Shown here piece after piece: positions 1-10,771 of a stretch of 54,596 bases of DNA. This DNA comes from a virus. Lineage: Duplodnaviria > Caudoviricetes. The notes beneath the pieces are model-generated. The model saw only the letters and a program-made list of their open reading frames with translations. It was not told the DNA's origin and ran no database searches. The DNA lies in IMG/VR virus record IMGVR_UViG_3300017719_000011, positions 1-54,596 of that record; one strand, written 5' to 3'. The position numbers were made by a program, and so were the translations under genes. How positions within the stretch are numbered: position 1 is the stretch's first letter; each line of letters starts with the position of its first letter.

Positions 1-375
1 ACATTCTCGTTCTCAGAAGAATTAATTAAACCATATCCTTATGTTGATGCACAAGGTCCCGATGATTTCAAACCCGCTTTAACATCCACTAAGTTTACTA
101 TTGGTGATCAAGTTGTTCAGTTACAGGATGACGGAAAGGGTACAGTTCAAGCAATCATAGCAAATGATTCGCAACGTGCTATATTTAAGAACTCGATTGG
201 CACAATTAACTACTTGACAGGAGAAGTTGTATTACGTGATCTTATCATTCGTTCCTTTGAAGGTAATGCAATTCAGGTCAGCGTGAAGACAAAAAATCGT
301 GACTTCACAGCACCGAAAGATCGAATCTTTAAAATACGTACATCAGATACAGTAATTAACACAAGGCCCGTATAA
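1..375 (+). CDS. gp6: Baseplate wedge subunit gp6, C-terminal fragment (5' truncated by window)
   Basis: Frame 1 is open from base 1 to TAA 373-375 (TFSFSEELIKPYP...LQDDGKGTVQ...IGTINYLTGEVVL...NTRPV*). The DDGxG...GTINYxTG motifs resemble gp6 C-termini of marine T4-like phages. It lies directly upstream of gp7 with a TAATG overlap. Not in the supplied ORF track. Confidence 0.75.
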   Translation, partial: TFSFSEELIKPYPYVDAQGPDDFKPALTSTKFTIGDQVVQLQDDGKGTVQAIIANDSQRAIFKNSIGTINYLTGEVVLRDLIIRSFEGNAIQVSVKTKNRDFTAPKDRIFKIRTSDTVINTRPV

Positions 376-3113
376 TGCAATATCGACCCAAGTCAATATC
401 AACTAGTATAGCATCGCAATTTCCTGCGTTCTATCGTGATGATGCTCCGGAGTTTATCGAGTTCGTAAAAGCATATTACGAATTTCTTGACGGGTCGAAT
501 GAAAGAAACTTCTCGCAACAACGTGATATTGATTCAACATTCTCACAATTCTATACTTACTATAAAGAAAAGTTCTTAAAGGGTTTGCCTAGACCTGCAG
601 ATGAAGATATCCCATTCCTTATTAAAAACATTGGTGATCTATATTTAAGTAAAGGTACGTCTGAATCACTTGAGTTAATGTTCAAAATGTTTTATAAAGT
701 AGAAGTTGAAACGTATTATCCGGCGTCCTCTATTTTAACATTATCTGATTCTGATTGGTCGTTCAATACCTTCCTTGAATTGAAACCTGTTTCAGACATT
801 ACAGATTATCCTTTACGTAAAGGTGATGTGATTGAAGGGGATACGTCAAAGGCAACTGCGTTTATTGATGAAGTATTATTTTACAATGTGAATGGTCAAC
901 AGATTCCTATAGCATTTATATCAAATGTGTATGGATCGTTTACATCTGATGACGGGTTAAAGGTTACTCGTGATGGGCAACTATTATTCCCGGGTAAGTT
1001 GATTTATGGTTCGATTTCACAAATCGATGTCACAGATGACTCAAGCACCGCAAACAACAATGTCGGTGATCCATTACTACTCAAATCATATGGCAGTGGT
1101 GTTGTAGGTGAAGCGATTGTAACAGGAGTCGATGATGCTCCTACAGGTATTGTTCAATGGGATTTGAAAGATGGTGGTTGGGGATATGATACAGCATCTC
1201 CTACTGTATTCACATCATTGGCTAATGACCCAGCAGAAGCAAACCTTGTTTATATTTCAACACAAGTATTAATTGTTCAAGGCAATGAATTAGATCTTGA
1301 ACCTTACGATGTTATTACTACACAAGTTAACGGAAACCCAATTTTAGGATTTGCGAACAATGGTGCCGATGTATACAATGTTACAACAACTGTACCTGAC
1401 ATAAAAATGTATGGTAAGGGTATGGTGATCAAATATGAACACCCTAACATATTCTTACAATCATTACCTGAAAATGACAACACATTGCACTTAGGAGCAT
1501 TTGTTTGTGTTGATACAATAGATGATAATAATCATGTTAAGACAACTATTCCTAATCCTGTAGACGTTTTCCAACCGCCCAGATCGCTTGATGTGCGTGA
1601 TTTATATTCGACAGCGACCGTTACACGTACTAGTGATGATGGCGGGACATCAACATTTAATATTGAAATAGGAAACCTAAGTCGATATAATGATACCGCA
1701 ACCTTTAAACTTGATTCGTTTACGAACACAGAAGAAGTACGAATCATATCGTCAATTATCGCTGACTTCGTAAATGTTAGACCTTACACAGACGGAGTAA
1801 CAGGTGGGTTGGCTGCTGAGATAAATCCGTTCACAAATGAACCTTGGTATCAAACAAGGATCATTGATGGGTTAGGTATCAAGAATAAAAACTTAGGAAC
1901 GATAAAAGATCTGTTAGTAACTAACTCTGGATCTGATTATAAGAATAGTGTACGAACAATTATTAGGCATTCAGATATTGCAAAATACGGAAAGGGTTTG
2001 ATAGGTTTACAATTCAATAAATCAAACATTCGTATTTCTCCTGGACAAATTTTCGAACAAACGATTAAGGTTCTTGATTTATCTGATGAGTCGATCAACA
2101 AACAACAACTTGATGTGATAGAGTATACTGCTAGAGGGCAATTTGTACGAAGATCAGGAAACACATTCTTTTTCCAACCTTTATCTTTCTATAGTTTTAG
2201 AGTTTACGATGAATCAGATCCTACGTCTGCTCAAGATATACAATATGGTGGTGATGCACTAAGAGTATTGAATATCAATCCTACAAATGATTCACCTGCA
2301 GGTTTAAATGCAGTTGTTGAAGGTAAGGCGAGAAGTGTGACAGGACGTATCACTGATGTTCAAGTTACCAAGTCAGGGTTCAGATATGATAACGGAGAAA
2401 CTGTAGATTTAATAAACAACAAAGTTCCTACCGAGTTGATTCCTAATGACAAATACGAACAAGTTGTTGGTCGTGCAAGAATTGAAGTTGACGGTGCAGG
2501 ACGAACACAAGGTTCATGGAAGACAACAACATCACACATTTCTGATAGCAATAGATTTGTTCGTGACAACAATTATTATCAAGAGTATTCATATGAAGTA
2601 TCGTCTATACTTGATCCTTCTGTGTATGAAGAAACGCTTAAAGAAACTGTTCATGTTGCAGGAACAAAGTTTTTTGGTGCGCCATTGATTGCAACTATCG
2701 ATAATGTGCAACCACAAGTTGATGCTGAAGTTACTGCAGGTACAAATACTATTCTTGTTAAGACAACAGAATCAGGAAACCCATTAGTGATAGAATCAGA
2801 TTCGCCTCCAGGGGCAAGTGGATACGCTAGTATTAGTCATATGATAGTAGCACCTGGCGATTATAAATTTGGAACAAACACGATATATCAGATTATTGAT
2901 TTGGGTGACAAAGCAGGTGACAGTGTTGAATGGAGAAGTGTTGCAGGAGACGCTAATAGCGGGGTAACATATTCACAAGGATCTATATTTACTGCTCATA
3001 ATGACGGTGCCGAGTTAACTGGCGCTTTAGTTATACCTGCTCAATTTGCTGCATTGATTGAAACAGATGTAATAACTAAAGTTCCTTTCAATGAACAATC
3101 TGCATCTGCATAA
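375..3113 (+). CDS. gp7: Baseplate wedge initiator gp7-like protein
   Basis: 912 aa. N-terminal SQFPAFYRDD..FIEFVKAYYEFL and LYLSKGTSESLELMFKMFY, and C-terminal DNNYYQEYSYEV...LKETVHVAGTKFFG, are typical of marine T4-like gp7. Lies between gp6 and gp8. Confidence 0.8.
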   Translation: MQYRPKSISTSIASQFPAFYRDDAPEFIEFVKAYYEFLDGSNERNFSQQRDIDSTFSQFYTYYKEKFLKGLPRPADEDIPFLIKNIGDLYLSKGTSESLELMFKMFYKVEVETYYPASSILTLSDSDWSFNTFLELKPVSDITDYPLRKGDVIEGDTSKATAFIDEVLFYNVNGQQIPIAFISNVYGSFTSDDGLKVTRDGQLLFPGKLIYGSISQIDVTDDSSTANNNVGDPLLLKSYGSGVVGEAIVTGVDDAPTGIVQWDLKDGGWGYDTASPTVFTSLANDPAEANLVYISTQVLIVQGNELDLEPYDVITTQVNGNPILGFANNGADVYNVTTTVPDIKMYGKGMVIKYEHPNIFLQSLPENDNTLHLGAFVCVDTIDDNNHVKTTIPNPVDVFQPPRSLDVRDLYSTATVTRTSDDGGTSTFNIEIGNLSRYNDTATFKLDSFTNTEEVRIISSIIADFVNVRPYTDGVTGGLAAEINPFTNEPWYQTRIIDGLGIKNKNLGTIKDLLVTNSGSDYKNSVRTIIRHSDIAKYGKGLIGLQFNKSNIRISPGQIFEQTIKVLDLSDESINKQQLDVIEYTARGQFVRRSGNTFFFQPLSFYSFRVYDESDPTSAQDIQYGGDALRVLNINPTNDSPAGLNAVVEGKARSVTGRITDVQVTKSGFRYDNGETVDLINNKVPTELIPNDKYEQVVGRARIEVDGAGRTQGSWKTTTSHISDSNRFVRDNNYYQEYSYEVSSILDPSVYEETLKETVHVAGTKFFGAPLIATIDNVQPQVDAEVTAGTNTILVKTTESGNPLVIESDSPPGASGYASISHMIVAPGDYKFGTNTIYQIIDLGDKAGDSVEWRSVAGDANSGVTYSQGSIFTAHNDGAELTGALVIPAQFAALIETDVITKVPFNEQSASA

Positions 3114-3116
3114 ATA
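3110..3116 (+). promoter_or_regulatory. Probable T4-type late promoter (cATAAATA variant)
   Basis: ATAAATA overlaps the gp7 stop codon, 27 nt before the gp8 ATG, which has an AGGA RBS. Confidence 0.5.
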
Positions 3117-3143
3117 CAAAACAAATACTAGGAAATATTTTAA

Positions 3144-4991
3144 ATGGCAAAGATTGTAACTGAAAATTTTAGAATCGAAGCGACAAACGATTTTATCGAT
3201 TCGTTTAGCACCAGTGAAGGTAATCATTACTACATGATGGCCTCTACTACTGCGCAGGAAAATGAAATACAGAATACGCAATTATCAAAAAGAGAATTTC
3301 AAAGAAAGGTTATTTTTGGCAATAAAATAACTGGCGATAATGTCAGACATATGTTTCCTATTAACTCATGGCAGGAAGATGTTGTATACGATGCATATGA
3401 TGATACGAAAGATATGTCTAATTCTAATTTCTATGTTACAGTTTTGACGGGTCAAATCAATCAAGCAAATTATAATGTTTTTAAATGCATAAGAAACAAT
3501 AATAACGCTGTGTCAAAATCTAAACCAGTTCCTCCTTCAAGTGACGATAATCAATTTGAAATAACAATGGATGATGGATATGTATGGAAATATATGTTCG
3601 ATGTGACTCCTTCGGATTATATCTTATACGGAACGAGTAGGTTTCTTCCTTGGACAAGAAATGTAACAGTAGAGCAGCAATCAACAGATGGGTTGTCAGA
3701 TATTATAGTTGAATCAGGCGGGGTAGGATTGTTTTCTGATTATTTGTTTGGCGATTCAGCGGCACCTACTAGGGCAACCCTTTCTACTGTAACACAAGGT
3801 CAGGCATTGGTTGATGGGATCACTGAACAAGCGTATACACTTGATGTTATAGCATCTAGAGCAGTCAAAACTACCATTGATTCGTATGTTAATATGTACT
3901 TGCTTATTGACGGTGCATTATATGATATAACTTCTAGTAATCAAACACCTAATTCAAATGTAAGTCAAATGACAGTTGTTACTGATACAAATTTGAAAGA
4001 TTATGAAGGTCAAGATTGCTATGTGGTCCCTAAAATAATTATAAGTGAACCTAATAATGCTGTTGGTGTTCAAGCACAGGCATACGGGATTGTAAATGAT
4101 CAAGGTGATTTGGTGTCTGTTGCATTCAAAACAAAAGGCTCAGGTTATCATTCAGTAGAGACTTCTATTGCAAAACCAAAGGCATTAGAAGAAGACCCTA
4201 CTGCATTATCAACAGTTGTTCGAGGAATACCATCACCTCAAGGCGGACACGCATCAAACTCTCCCATGGAGTTGTTTATGAGTAGATGTGTCGCTGTCAC
4301 TAGTTTTTATTCTGATGTGAACAATAATGTTCCTGCTGTGAATGATTATACAAAGGTTGGATTGATAAAGAATCCGAAATTTGAAAACATAAACACGGGT
4401 AACGGTACTGTAGCATCACTTACAGTTGACGAGCAATATAGAATTATTGATTCGGGTGCTTCAAATAGTTTATCAGATTGGCAATCGGTTGCAGGTAGTT
4501 CATATACCTCATTTGAGCCGGGCACAATATTCACTGCTATTACCACAGGGTTGGGTTTGAGTAATGCAATATTAGAACCTTTACCTGTCACATTTGATAA
4601 TCGTGTTAAAATTACATTGAATGTCAGAAACACGTCCGTCAACATAGGTGATATATTGACACAGCTTGTTGATGATCAAACTGTTACAGGTGTTGTTCAT
4701 GAAGTCAAATATCCTACTGCTACAAAAACAGAATATTATGTTATAAATTCAGATGGGAATTATAATAAACAATTCCAGTCACCTACAGCACAAAATCCTG
4801 TTGCAAATATAGTTGCTAAGGCAAGTATTGATTCAGCATTTTCATCAACTATCACTTCAACAACTATAAATAATATTGAACAAAAGAAATATAGCACTTA
4901 TTCAGGTGATCTTTTACACTTCGTAGATTTCGAACCCATCACGAGACAAGAAGACACCAAAGAAAAAGTAAAACTTATTTTCGACTTTTAA
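3144..4991 (+). CDS. gp8: Baseplate wedge subunit gp8
   Basis: 615 aa. Motifs W..DVVYDAYDD, NFYV, YNVFKCIRNN, DGYVWKYMF, PQGGH, VGLIKNP and C-terminal YSGDLLHF...R..DTKEKVKLIFDF are characteristic of T4-like gp8. Confidence 0.9.
   Translation: MAKIVTENFRIEATNDFIDSFSTSEGNHYYMMASTTAQENEIQNTQLSKREFQRKVIFGNKITGDNVRHMFPINSWQEDVVYDAYDDTKDMSNSNFYVTVLTGQINQANYNVFKCIRNNNNAVSKSKPVPPSSDDNQFEITMDDGYVWKYMFDVTPSDYILYGTSRFLPWTRNVTVEQQSTDGLSDIIVESGGVGLFSDYLFGDSAAPTRATLSTVTQGQALVDGITEQAYTLDVIASRAVKTTIDSYVNMYLLIDGALYDITSSNQTPNSNVSQMTVVTDTNLKDYEGQDCYVVPKIIISEPNNAVGVQAQAYGIVNDQGDLVSVAFKTKGSGYHSVETSIAKPKALEEDPTALSTVVRGIPSPQGGHASNSPMELFMSRCVAVTSFYSDVNNNVPAVNDYTKVGLIKNPKFENINTGNGTVASLTVDEQYRIIDSGASNSLSDWQSVAGSSYTSFEPGTIFTAITTGLGLSNAILEPLPVTFDNRVKITLNVRNTSVNIGDILTQLVDDQTVTGVVHEVKYPTATKTEYYVINSDGNYNKQFQSPTAQNPVANIVAKASIDSAFSSTITSTTINNIEQKKYSTYSGDLLHFVDFEPITRQEDTKEKVKLIFDF
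4865..4872 (+). promoter_or_regulatory. Possible T4-type late promoter inside the gp8 3' end
   Basis: Exact TATAAATA 136 nt upstream of the 5009 ATG. Could be chance in AT-rich DNA. Confidence 0.4.
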
Positions 4992-5008
4992 GGGAAAGAG
5001 TAAATTAA

Positions 5009-8000
5009 ATGGGCATCAACACTAATCTAAATACTGCTCCGTATCATGACGATTTTGATTCGACCAAACAGTTCATCCGAGTTCTGTTTAAACCTGGTCG
5101 GGCGGTACAAGCACGTGAATTGACAACACTTCAATCCATCCTTCAAAATCAAATCGAAAGATTTGGTAATAATATCTACCAAGAAGGTACGATCATTGAG
5201 GGTATCAACCCTACTGTTGACAAGGAAATTAACTTTGTTAAGATTCAAGATCAGTCAGGAACTGAAATTGATGATATGACTGCTTACGCATCCACTGATG
5301 ACGTTTCGTATTTCTTGACAGGAACGGTAACAGGTTTGAAGGCAAAAATTATTGCTGGTGCAAACGGGTTCGAAACTGAAGCACCCAACCTTAAAACATT
5401 CTTCATCAAATACTTGTCGTCACAAGAGCAAGCAACTAATCCTACTCTTGACCAAAAAGAATTTAAAAACGGTGAACCCTTAACTATCTCAAGATTATCA
5501 TTACTAGATGATCCTGATGAAGTCACAGGTGAACCAATAGAACAAGATCAATTTACAGTAACAACTGCGAAAACGACAAGTGATTTGAATCCTGATCACG
5601 TAGGTAAATCGTTAGCGGTTCAAGTATCTGATGGCGTAATTTATCAACATGGTGCATTCAACTATGTTGTGCCACAATTGATAATTGCCTCTAAATACAA
5701 TGATTCTCCTGACAATATTTCTGTCGGGTTTGACATTGTTGAATCAGTTATTGACTCTGCTTTAGATCAATCATTACTTGATAATGCACAAGGTTTCAAT
5801 AACCAAAATGCACCCGGTGCAGATAGATTAAAACTAGAACCGAAACTTGCTGTGTATGATACTGATTTACGACCAGAAGATTTCTTTGCATTATTAAGAA
5901 TCGAAAGAGGTGAAACAGTTTTTGTTCGTGGTGATACACAATTTAATTCTATTAAAAAAGAACTTGCAAAAAGAACACAAGACGAGTCGGGTAGTTATGT
6001 CGTTGATGGATTAGAAGTCACTACAGAAAAAGATTATCTTACAGGCGATCTATTTGTTACAGTTGGTGCAGGTAAGGCATATGTGTTTGGGTACGAGATC
6101 AATAATGTCGGCAAGACGAGAGTAAAAATTGATCCTGCAACAACAACAAATACAAAGTCACAGCAGTCGACTGGCGTATATGTCGGATCGTATATTAGAG
6201 TAAATAACCCCACATACACGGGCAATGCATTCCCTAACGCTAGCTTGCAATTTGATTTTGAGATAGGTGAAGAATACAACTTGTATTATCTTGATGCTGT
6301 CCCGATAGGTACTTGTCGTGTAAGAGATGTACGGGTTGATCCGCTTGACTCAACAAAACTTAGAATATATGTTTATGCTATTAAGAAAACATCTTCGGGA
6401 AAAAACTCCCCCATTAAAGGAATAGGCCCAACTTTTGCGGCAATGCTACTAGTTGATTCCGGCGAAAACATTGTGGAATCCAACAATAGCGCAATGATAT
6501 TTAATACTGGACGAGCAGGAATGAAATCAGTTTCTGATGTTAAATTTGTCAGAAGAAATCGATTTACTCGTAATGATTCATCGCAAACGTCAACTGTGAC
6601 ACTAACATCAACAATATCAAACAGTTTTTCTGCTGTTCCGTTGAATCGTCCAGGAATGTTTGCTGTTACAACTACAGGGCAATACTTACCAGTAGATTCT
6701 GCAACAGACGTCAGTGTTAATGGCGATAATCTTGACTTGACATTTGATGCTCAGTATAATATTGAACACGTATATTATGATGAAGAGATTTCTGGTGTTC
6801 AACCCGATACTTTGAGTGTTGCTAAAAACAAGTGGGTCATATCAACTTATGATCCTAATACGAACAATGCTTGGATAGGCGTACCAAACGTACTTAAGTT
6901 ACACAAGGTGTTGATAGGCGAAACAGAAGACGGCGAAGACACTATAGATGTAACTAATAAATTTGTTCTACAAAAAAATATACAAGATGCATATTATGGC
7001 ATTTCATACTTGAATTTGAAACCTGGTGAGTCATTACCTGAAGGTAAGTTCAATGTTGTTGTTCAATTTGACTATCTTGCAAGAAGTGGTGTAGGTGGAT
7101 ACTTATCGCCAAACAGTTACTCGGGCATAAACAAGCCATCAGAATTCTTAGATAATTATACTGCAAAGAATGGGCAAAATTACAATCCATTAAATTCGTT
7201 TGACTTCCGACCATACGCAGATGGCGGAACTATACCTTCCGATGATTTCTCAGGTGCTAGCGCAACTAATGATCAAGACGCCGTTGATGCCCATAAAATT
7301 TATAGTTCTGCAATCAATCTAATTACCGACAGCAGAATATTATCACAACATGAATATTATTTAGGTCGCATTGATAAACTCGCCATTGATAAATCACAAT
7401 CATTCGTAATGGTTAAAGGTCATCCTGCTGAAAAGCCGGTGAAGGTAGTGAATGATTCATTGTTTGGGTTAGCAGACATCACAATTCCTGGGTTCGATAC
7501 GTCCACTATTGGTGCAAATGCTATTAAAGTTGAAAGAAACACTACTCGAAATTATACGATGCGAGAAATAGAACGAATTGAAAAGCGAGTCAATAAGGCA
7601 TATGAATTAATTTCATTAAATATGCTAGAACAAAAAACAAAAGATTTGTTCATTCCTGACGGCAGCGGCAACAACAGATTCAAAAATGGTATTGTTGTTG
7701 ATCAATTCCAGGACACAAGTGTTTGTGATCTGCTTGATTCTAATTATAAAGCATCTATCGATAAGGGTCAAAAAATATTAGCGCCTGCAGTTTCACAGTT
7801 CCCTGTTGATCTTGTAATCGATGATACAACATCATTAAACATATCTTCATATGATGATGTTACTACTCTTGATTCTAGTTCTCAAAAAGAACAATTATTA
7901 GCACAAGAATATGCGACAACATTCAGAAACCTTGCATCTAACTTTTACAAATATAAAGGTAATGTTGCAATGTTCCCAACATTTGATGCGGAATATGATG

Positions 8001-10579
8001 TTACTGCGAATCCTGATGTTACACTCAACATTGATATTGAAACACCTCTAGCAGATCTTGTTGACAATATTCAAGAATTTGTTCCGTTGACAACAACTGC
8101 ACAAACTGGCACTGAAAGCGACACGACAATGGAAGGCAACTTCCGTGTGACATCTATAACTGATACATTCGAAACACAGTCGTTAGAAATGAACTCGGTT
8201 AGTCAAACTCAAGATCTAGGAACATATATCAGTGATTTCTCTATGAAGCCATTTATGGCATCTAAAAGAATTCAAATTGCTGTAGCGGGTTTACGTCCAA
8301 ATACAAGACATCATTTCTTCTTTGATGATGTTCCTGTTTCAGTGTTTGTTGCACCGGGAACAGTTTATAGTGATGACATTGAAGCAGCGCAAAGAAGTGT
8401 CAAAGCAACAGACGTTTTTGCAACAGGTGACATAGGTGATCCTGTTAAGACAGATGAATTTGGTAGATTGTATGCTATATTTGAATTGCCACCAGAAAGA
8501 TTCTTGGTGGGCGATGCCGATTTAATTATTTCAGATTCTGATCAATATGAAAGCATTGAATCTGCAGGCACATCTATTGCAAAATCAACATACCATGCTT
8601 ACAACTTTGCATTGTCAACTACAAGCATAGGGTCAGATGTCAGATCTATTGATTTTGATGTTGGGTCAACGACATTCTCGACTGATCGTGAGATTCGAGA
8701 GTTTGTTCCGCCGCCTCCGCCGCCACCTGCACCTGCTCCAGTCAGACCATGGGTTCCTACTGTACGTTGGACTGGGTGGACAAGAAGATGGTGGTTCAAT
8801 AGCGATCCTTTGGCGCAAACATTTACCATTCAACCCGCACAGGCAGAATACGCTTCAGTTATTTTTGTTGATGAGTTAGATGTATTCTTCAAGCGTAAAT
8901 CTCCAGCAACAAGAAAGAACGGTGTTGTTGCTCACATACGTGAAGTTGAGAACGGATATCCTACTGCAAAAGTTGTACCATTCGGCGAAAAACATATTGA
9001 TTGGAGTTTCATCAATACTTCTGATGACGGAAATACTGCAACTAAAGTTGTATTTGACAACCCTGTTAAATTAGAAGTGGGTAAGGAATACGCAATTGTC
9101 CTTGAACCTGATGCAACAGATCCTGATTTCTTTGTATGGACAGCAAGAGTTGGCGAAAATCAAATCGATAATGATAGCGTTCAAGTATCATCTGACTGGG
9201 GTTCAGGTATGCTGTTTACTTCTACGAACAACAAGGCGTGGCAATCTTATCAAAATGAAGACCTTAAGTTCAAATTGTACAAAACTGTTTTCTCTACTGA
9301 TTCTGGGCACATTGATTTTGTTCCTAACGACATGGAATTCTTTGAAGTTGACAGAGCGTTAGCTGGGCCTGCATACATAACTAATCAAGGTGAAGGTGAA
9401 AGCGAAAATGTGACAATAAATGAAGGTCAATTCTTTAAGAATGATGAATATGCTTACGTCACTACAGGGTTAACTAATACAGCGTATCTTGATACACAGA
9501 CTGGAAAATTAACGTGCAATGATCGAACCTTGGTGTTTGCTGAAGGCGAGATGGTAGAAATTAGTACAACGTCTGGGTCATCAGGCTATAAACACGTTTC
9601 TGTTGTTACAAACATTGCATCCTCGGGCGGCTCTGAAGTAATTACATTGAGAGAAGCGCCCGTACAAATTTCAACAAGTCAAGGAGCTGAGGTACCTGTC
9701 ACTATAGGATCTGCTATTGGTGGCAAGGTTGTATTCTTTAATTCAAAAGACAGAACAAAGCTATTTATCAAAGAAAGTACAAGCACGCAGGATAAGCAAT
9801 ATACAATTAGTGATATACAACCACAAGTTATTACTGGTGCATCAACAGGCGCAACTGCATTGATTACTGGAATTGTTAATCAACCAGTTTCATATATACA
9901 ACCGTTTATAATGGATCAAAATTCTTTGAGAACATCGACAGATTTGTCTTTGATGAAAGGCGCTGTGCCTGAATCCTCATTAGGTGACAACGAACTCGGT
10001 GAAGGTATGGGGTCTTTAGCAACAACATATTTAAGTTCTGATCAAAGAACAATTCCGTCTAAGCAAAATATTTTAAACGAGGCTGTGCCTAATGATGTTG
10101 ACAGATTTAGATTACGATTAAATCTTGACAACTCAGAGTATAGGTTCACATCACCTGTGGTTGATAATACTCTTTCGATGTTGCAAGCGTATAATTACAG
10201 AATTTCAAATGAAGAATCGACAACATCTCAATATGTTTCTAAAAAGTTTGTTCTTGATCCTGGTGTGCCTGCCGCAGGTCTCAAAGTTCTTCTTACTGCG
10301 TTTAGGCCGACAGGAACTATTATTGACGTACAGGCACGATTCTTAAAACCAAGAAATCCTGATGAATATTCAACTTGGGAATCGTTGACTAATAACAATC
10401 CTGATGTGTTCTCGTCTTCAGGTAATATTAAAGATTATCGTGAATTTGTTTATGATCTTGCCCTTGAAGCAGATTACGATGCATTCCAATTGAAAATAGT
10501 ATTGAAACATGAAGATGCAAGTTCAGGATCAAACTTATTCCCTCACGTTTCTAATTACAGAGCGCTAGCGGTAACTTAA
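5009..10579 (+). CDS. VrlC-like / DUF4815 large virion (baseplate/tail) structural protein
   Basis: 1856 aa. N-terminal NLNTAPYHDDFD...VLFKPGRAVQARELTTLQSILQNQIERFG, plus APGADRLK, LAKRTQDESGSY, NYTMREI, RFKNGIVVDQF and DPLAQTF. This is the family that follows gp8 in marine T4-like phages. Confidence 0.85.
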   Translation: MGINTNLNTAPYHDDFDSTKQFIRVLFKPGRAVQARELTTLQSILQNQIERFGNNIYQEGTIIEGINPTVDKEINFVKIQDQSGTEIDDMTAYASTDDVSYFLTGTVTGLKAKIIAGANGFETEAPNLKTFFIKYLSSQEQATNPTLDQKEFKNGEPLTISRLSLLDDPDEVTGEPIEQDQFTVTTAKTTSDLNPDHVGKSLAVQVSDGVIYQHGAFNYVVPQLIIASKYNDSPDNISVGFDIVESVIDSALDQSLLDNAQGFNNQNAPGADRLKLEPKLAVYDTDLRPEDFFALLRIERGETVFVRGDTQFNSIKKELAKRTQDESGSYVVDGLEVTTEKDYLTGDLFVTVGAGKAYVFGYEINNVGKTRVKIDPATTTNTKSQQSTGVYVGSYIRVNNPTYTGNAFPNASLQFDFEIGEEYNLYYLDAVPIGTCRVRDVRVDPLDSTKLRIYVYAIKKTSSGKNSPIKGIGPTFAAMLLVDSGENIVESNNSAMIFNTGRAGMKSVSDVKFVRRNRFTRNDSSQTSTVTLTSTISNSFSAVPLNRPGMFAVTTTGQYLPVDSATDVSVNGDNLDLTFDAQYNIEHVYYDEEISGVQPDTLSVAKNKWVISTYDPNTNNAWIGVPNVLKLHKVLIGETEDGEDTIDVTNKFVLQKNIQDAYYGISYLNLKPGESLPEGKFNVVVQFDYLARSGVGGYLSPNSYSGINKPSEFLDNYTAKNGQNYNPLNSFDFRPYADGGTIPSDDFSGASATNDQDAVDAHKIYSSAINLITDSRILSQHEYYLGRIDKLAIDKSQSFVMVKGHPAEKPVKVVNDSLFGLADITIPGFDTSTIGANAIKVERNTTRNYTMREIERIEKRVNKAYELISLNMLEQKTKDLFIPDGSGNNRFKNGIVVDQFQDTSVCDLLDSNYKASIDKGQKILAPAVSQFPVDLVIDDTTSLNISSYDDVTTLDSSSQKEQLLAQEYATTFRNLASNFYKYKGNVAMFPTFDAEYDVTANPDVTLNIDIETPLADLVDNIQEFVPLTTTAQTGTESDTTMEGNFRVTSITDTFETQSLEMNSVSQTQDLGTYISDFSMKPFMASKRIQIAVAGLRPNTRHHFFFDDVPVSVFVAPGTVYSDDIEAAQRSVKATDVFATGDIGDPVKTDEFGRLYAIFELPPERFLVGDADLIISDSDQYESIESAGTSIAKSTYHAYNFALSTTSIGSDVRSIDFDVGSTTFSTDREIREFVPPPPPPPAPAPVRPWVPTVRWTGWTRRWWFNSDPLAQTFTIQPAQAEYASVIFVDELDVFFKRKSPATRKNGVVAHIREVENGYPTAKVVPFGEKHIDWSFINTSDDGNTATKVVFDNPVKLEVGKEYAIVLEPDATDPDFFVWTARVGENQIDNDSVQVSSDWGSGMLFTSTNNKAWQSYQNEDLKFKLYKTVFSTDSGHIDFVPNDMEFFEVDRALAGPAYITNQGEGESENVTINEGQFFKNDEYAYVTTGLTNTAYLDTQTGKLTCNDRTLVFAEGEMVEISTTSGSSGYKHVSVVTNIASSGGSEVITLREAPVQISTSQGAEVPVTIGSAIGGKVVFFNSKDRTKLFIKESTSTQDKQYTISDIQPQVITGASTGATALITGIVNQPVSYIQPFIMDQNSLRTSTDLSLMKGAVPESSLGDNELGEGMGSLATTYLSSDQRTIPSKQNILNEAVPNDVDRFRLRLNLDNSEYRFTSPVVDNTLSMLQAYNYRISNEESTTSQYVSKKFVLDPGVPAAGLKVLLTAFRPTGTIIDVQARFLKPRNPDEYSTWESLTNNNPDVFSSSGNIKDYREFVYDLALEADYDAFQLKIVLKHEDASSGSNLFPHVSNYRALAVT

Positions 10580-10771
10580 ATGGATAATGCATTCAAACGA
10601 TCCACGAACAATATGCTAGTTAATTCTGATGTATCAGGATACGCTGCTGCAAAAATTCGTAAAAACAAAGAACAGGAGTATGCGAACTTGCTCCTTAAAG
10701 TAGAAAAACTTGAAACATGTGTTGACAACCTAAAACGTAGAATAGAAGAGATAGAAAACAATGGCAATTAA
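10580..10771 (+). CDS. Small coiled-coil hypothetical protein (VrlC-downstream type)
   Basis: 63 aa. Abuts the upstream stop and overlaps the next start. The pattern R....LVN.D..GY followed by a heptad C-terminus matches the small genes found after VrlC-like genes. Confidence 0.7.
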   Translation: MDNAFKRSTNNMLVNSDVSGYAAAKIRKNKEQEYANLLLKVEKLETCVDNLKRRIEEIENNGN

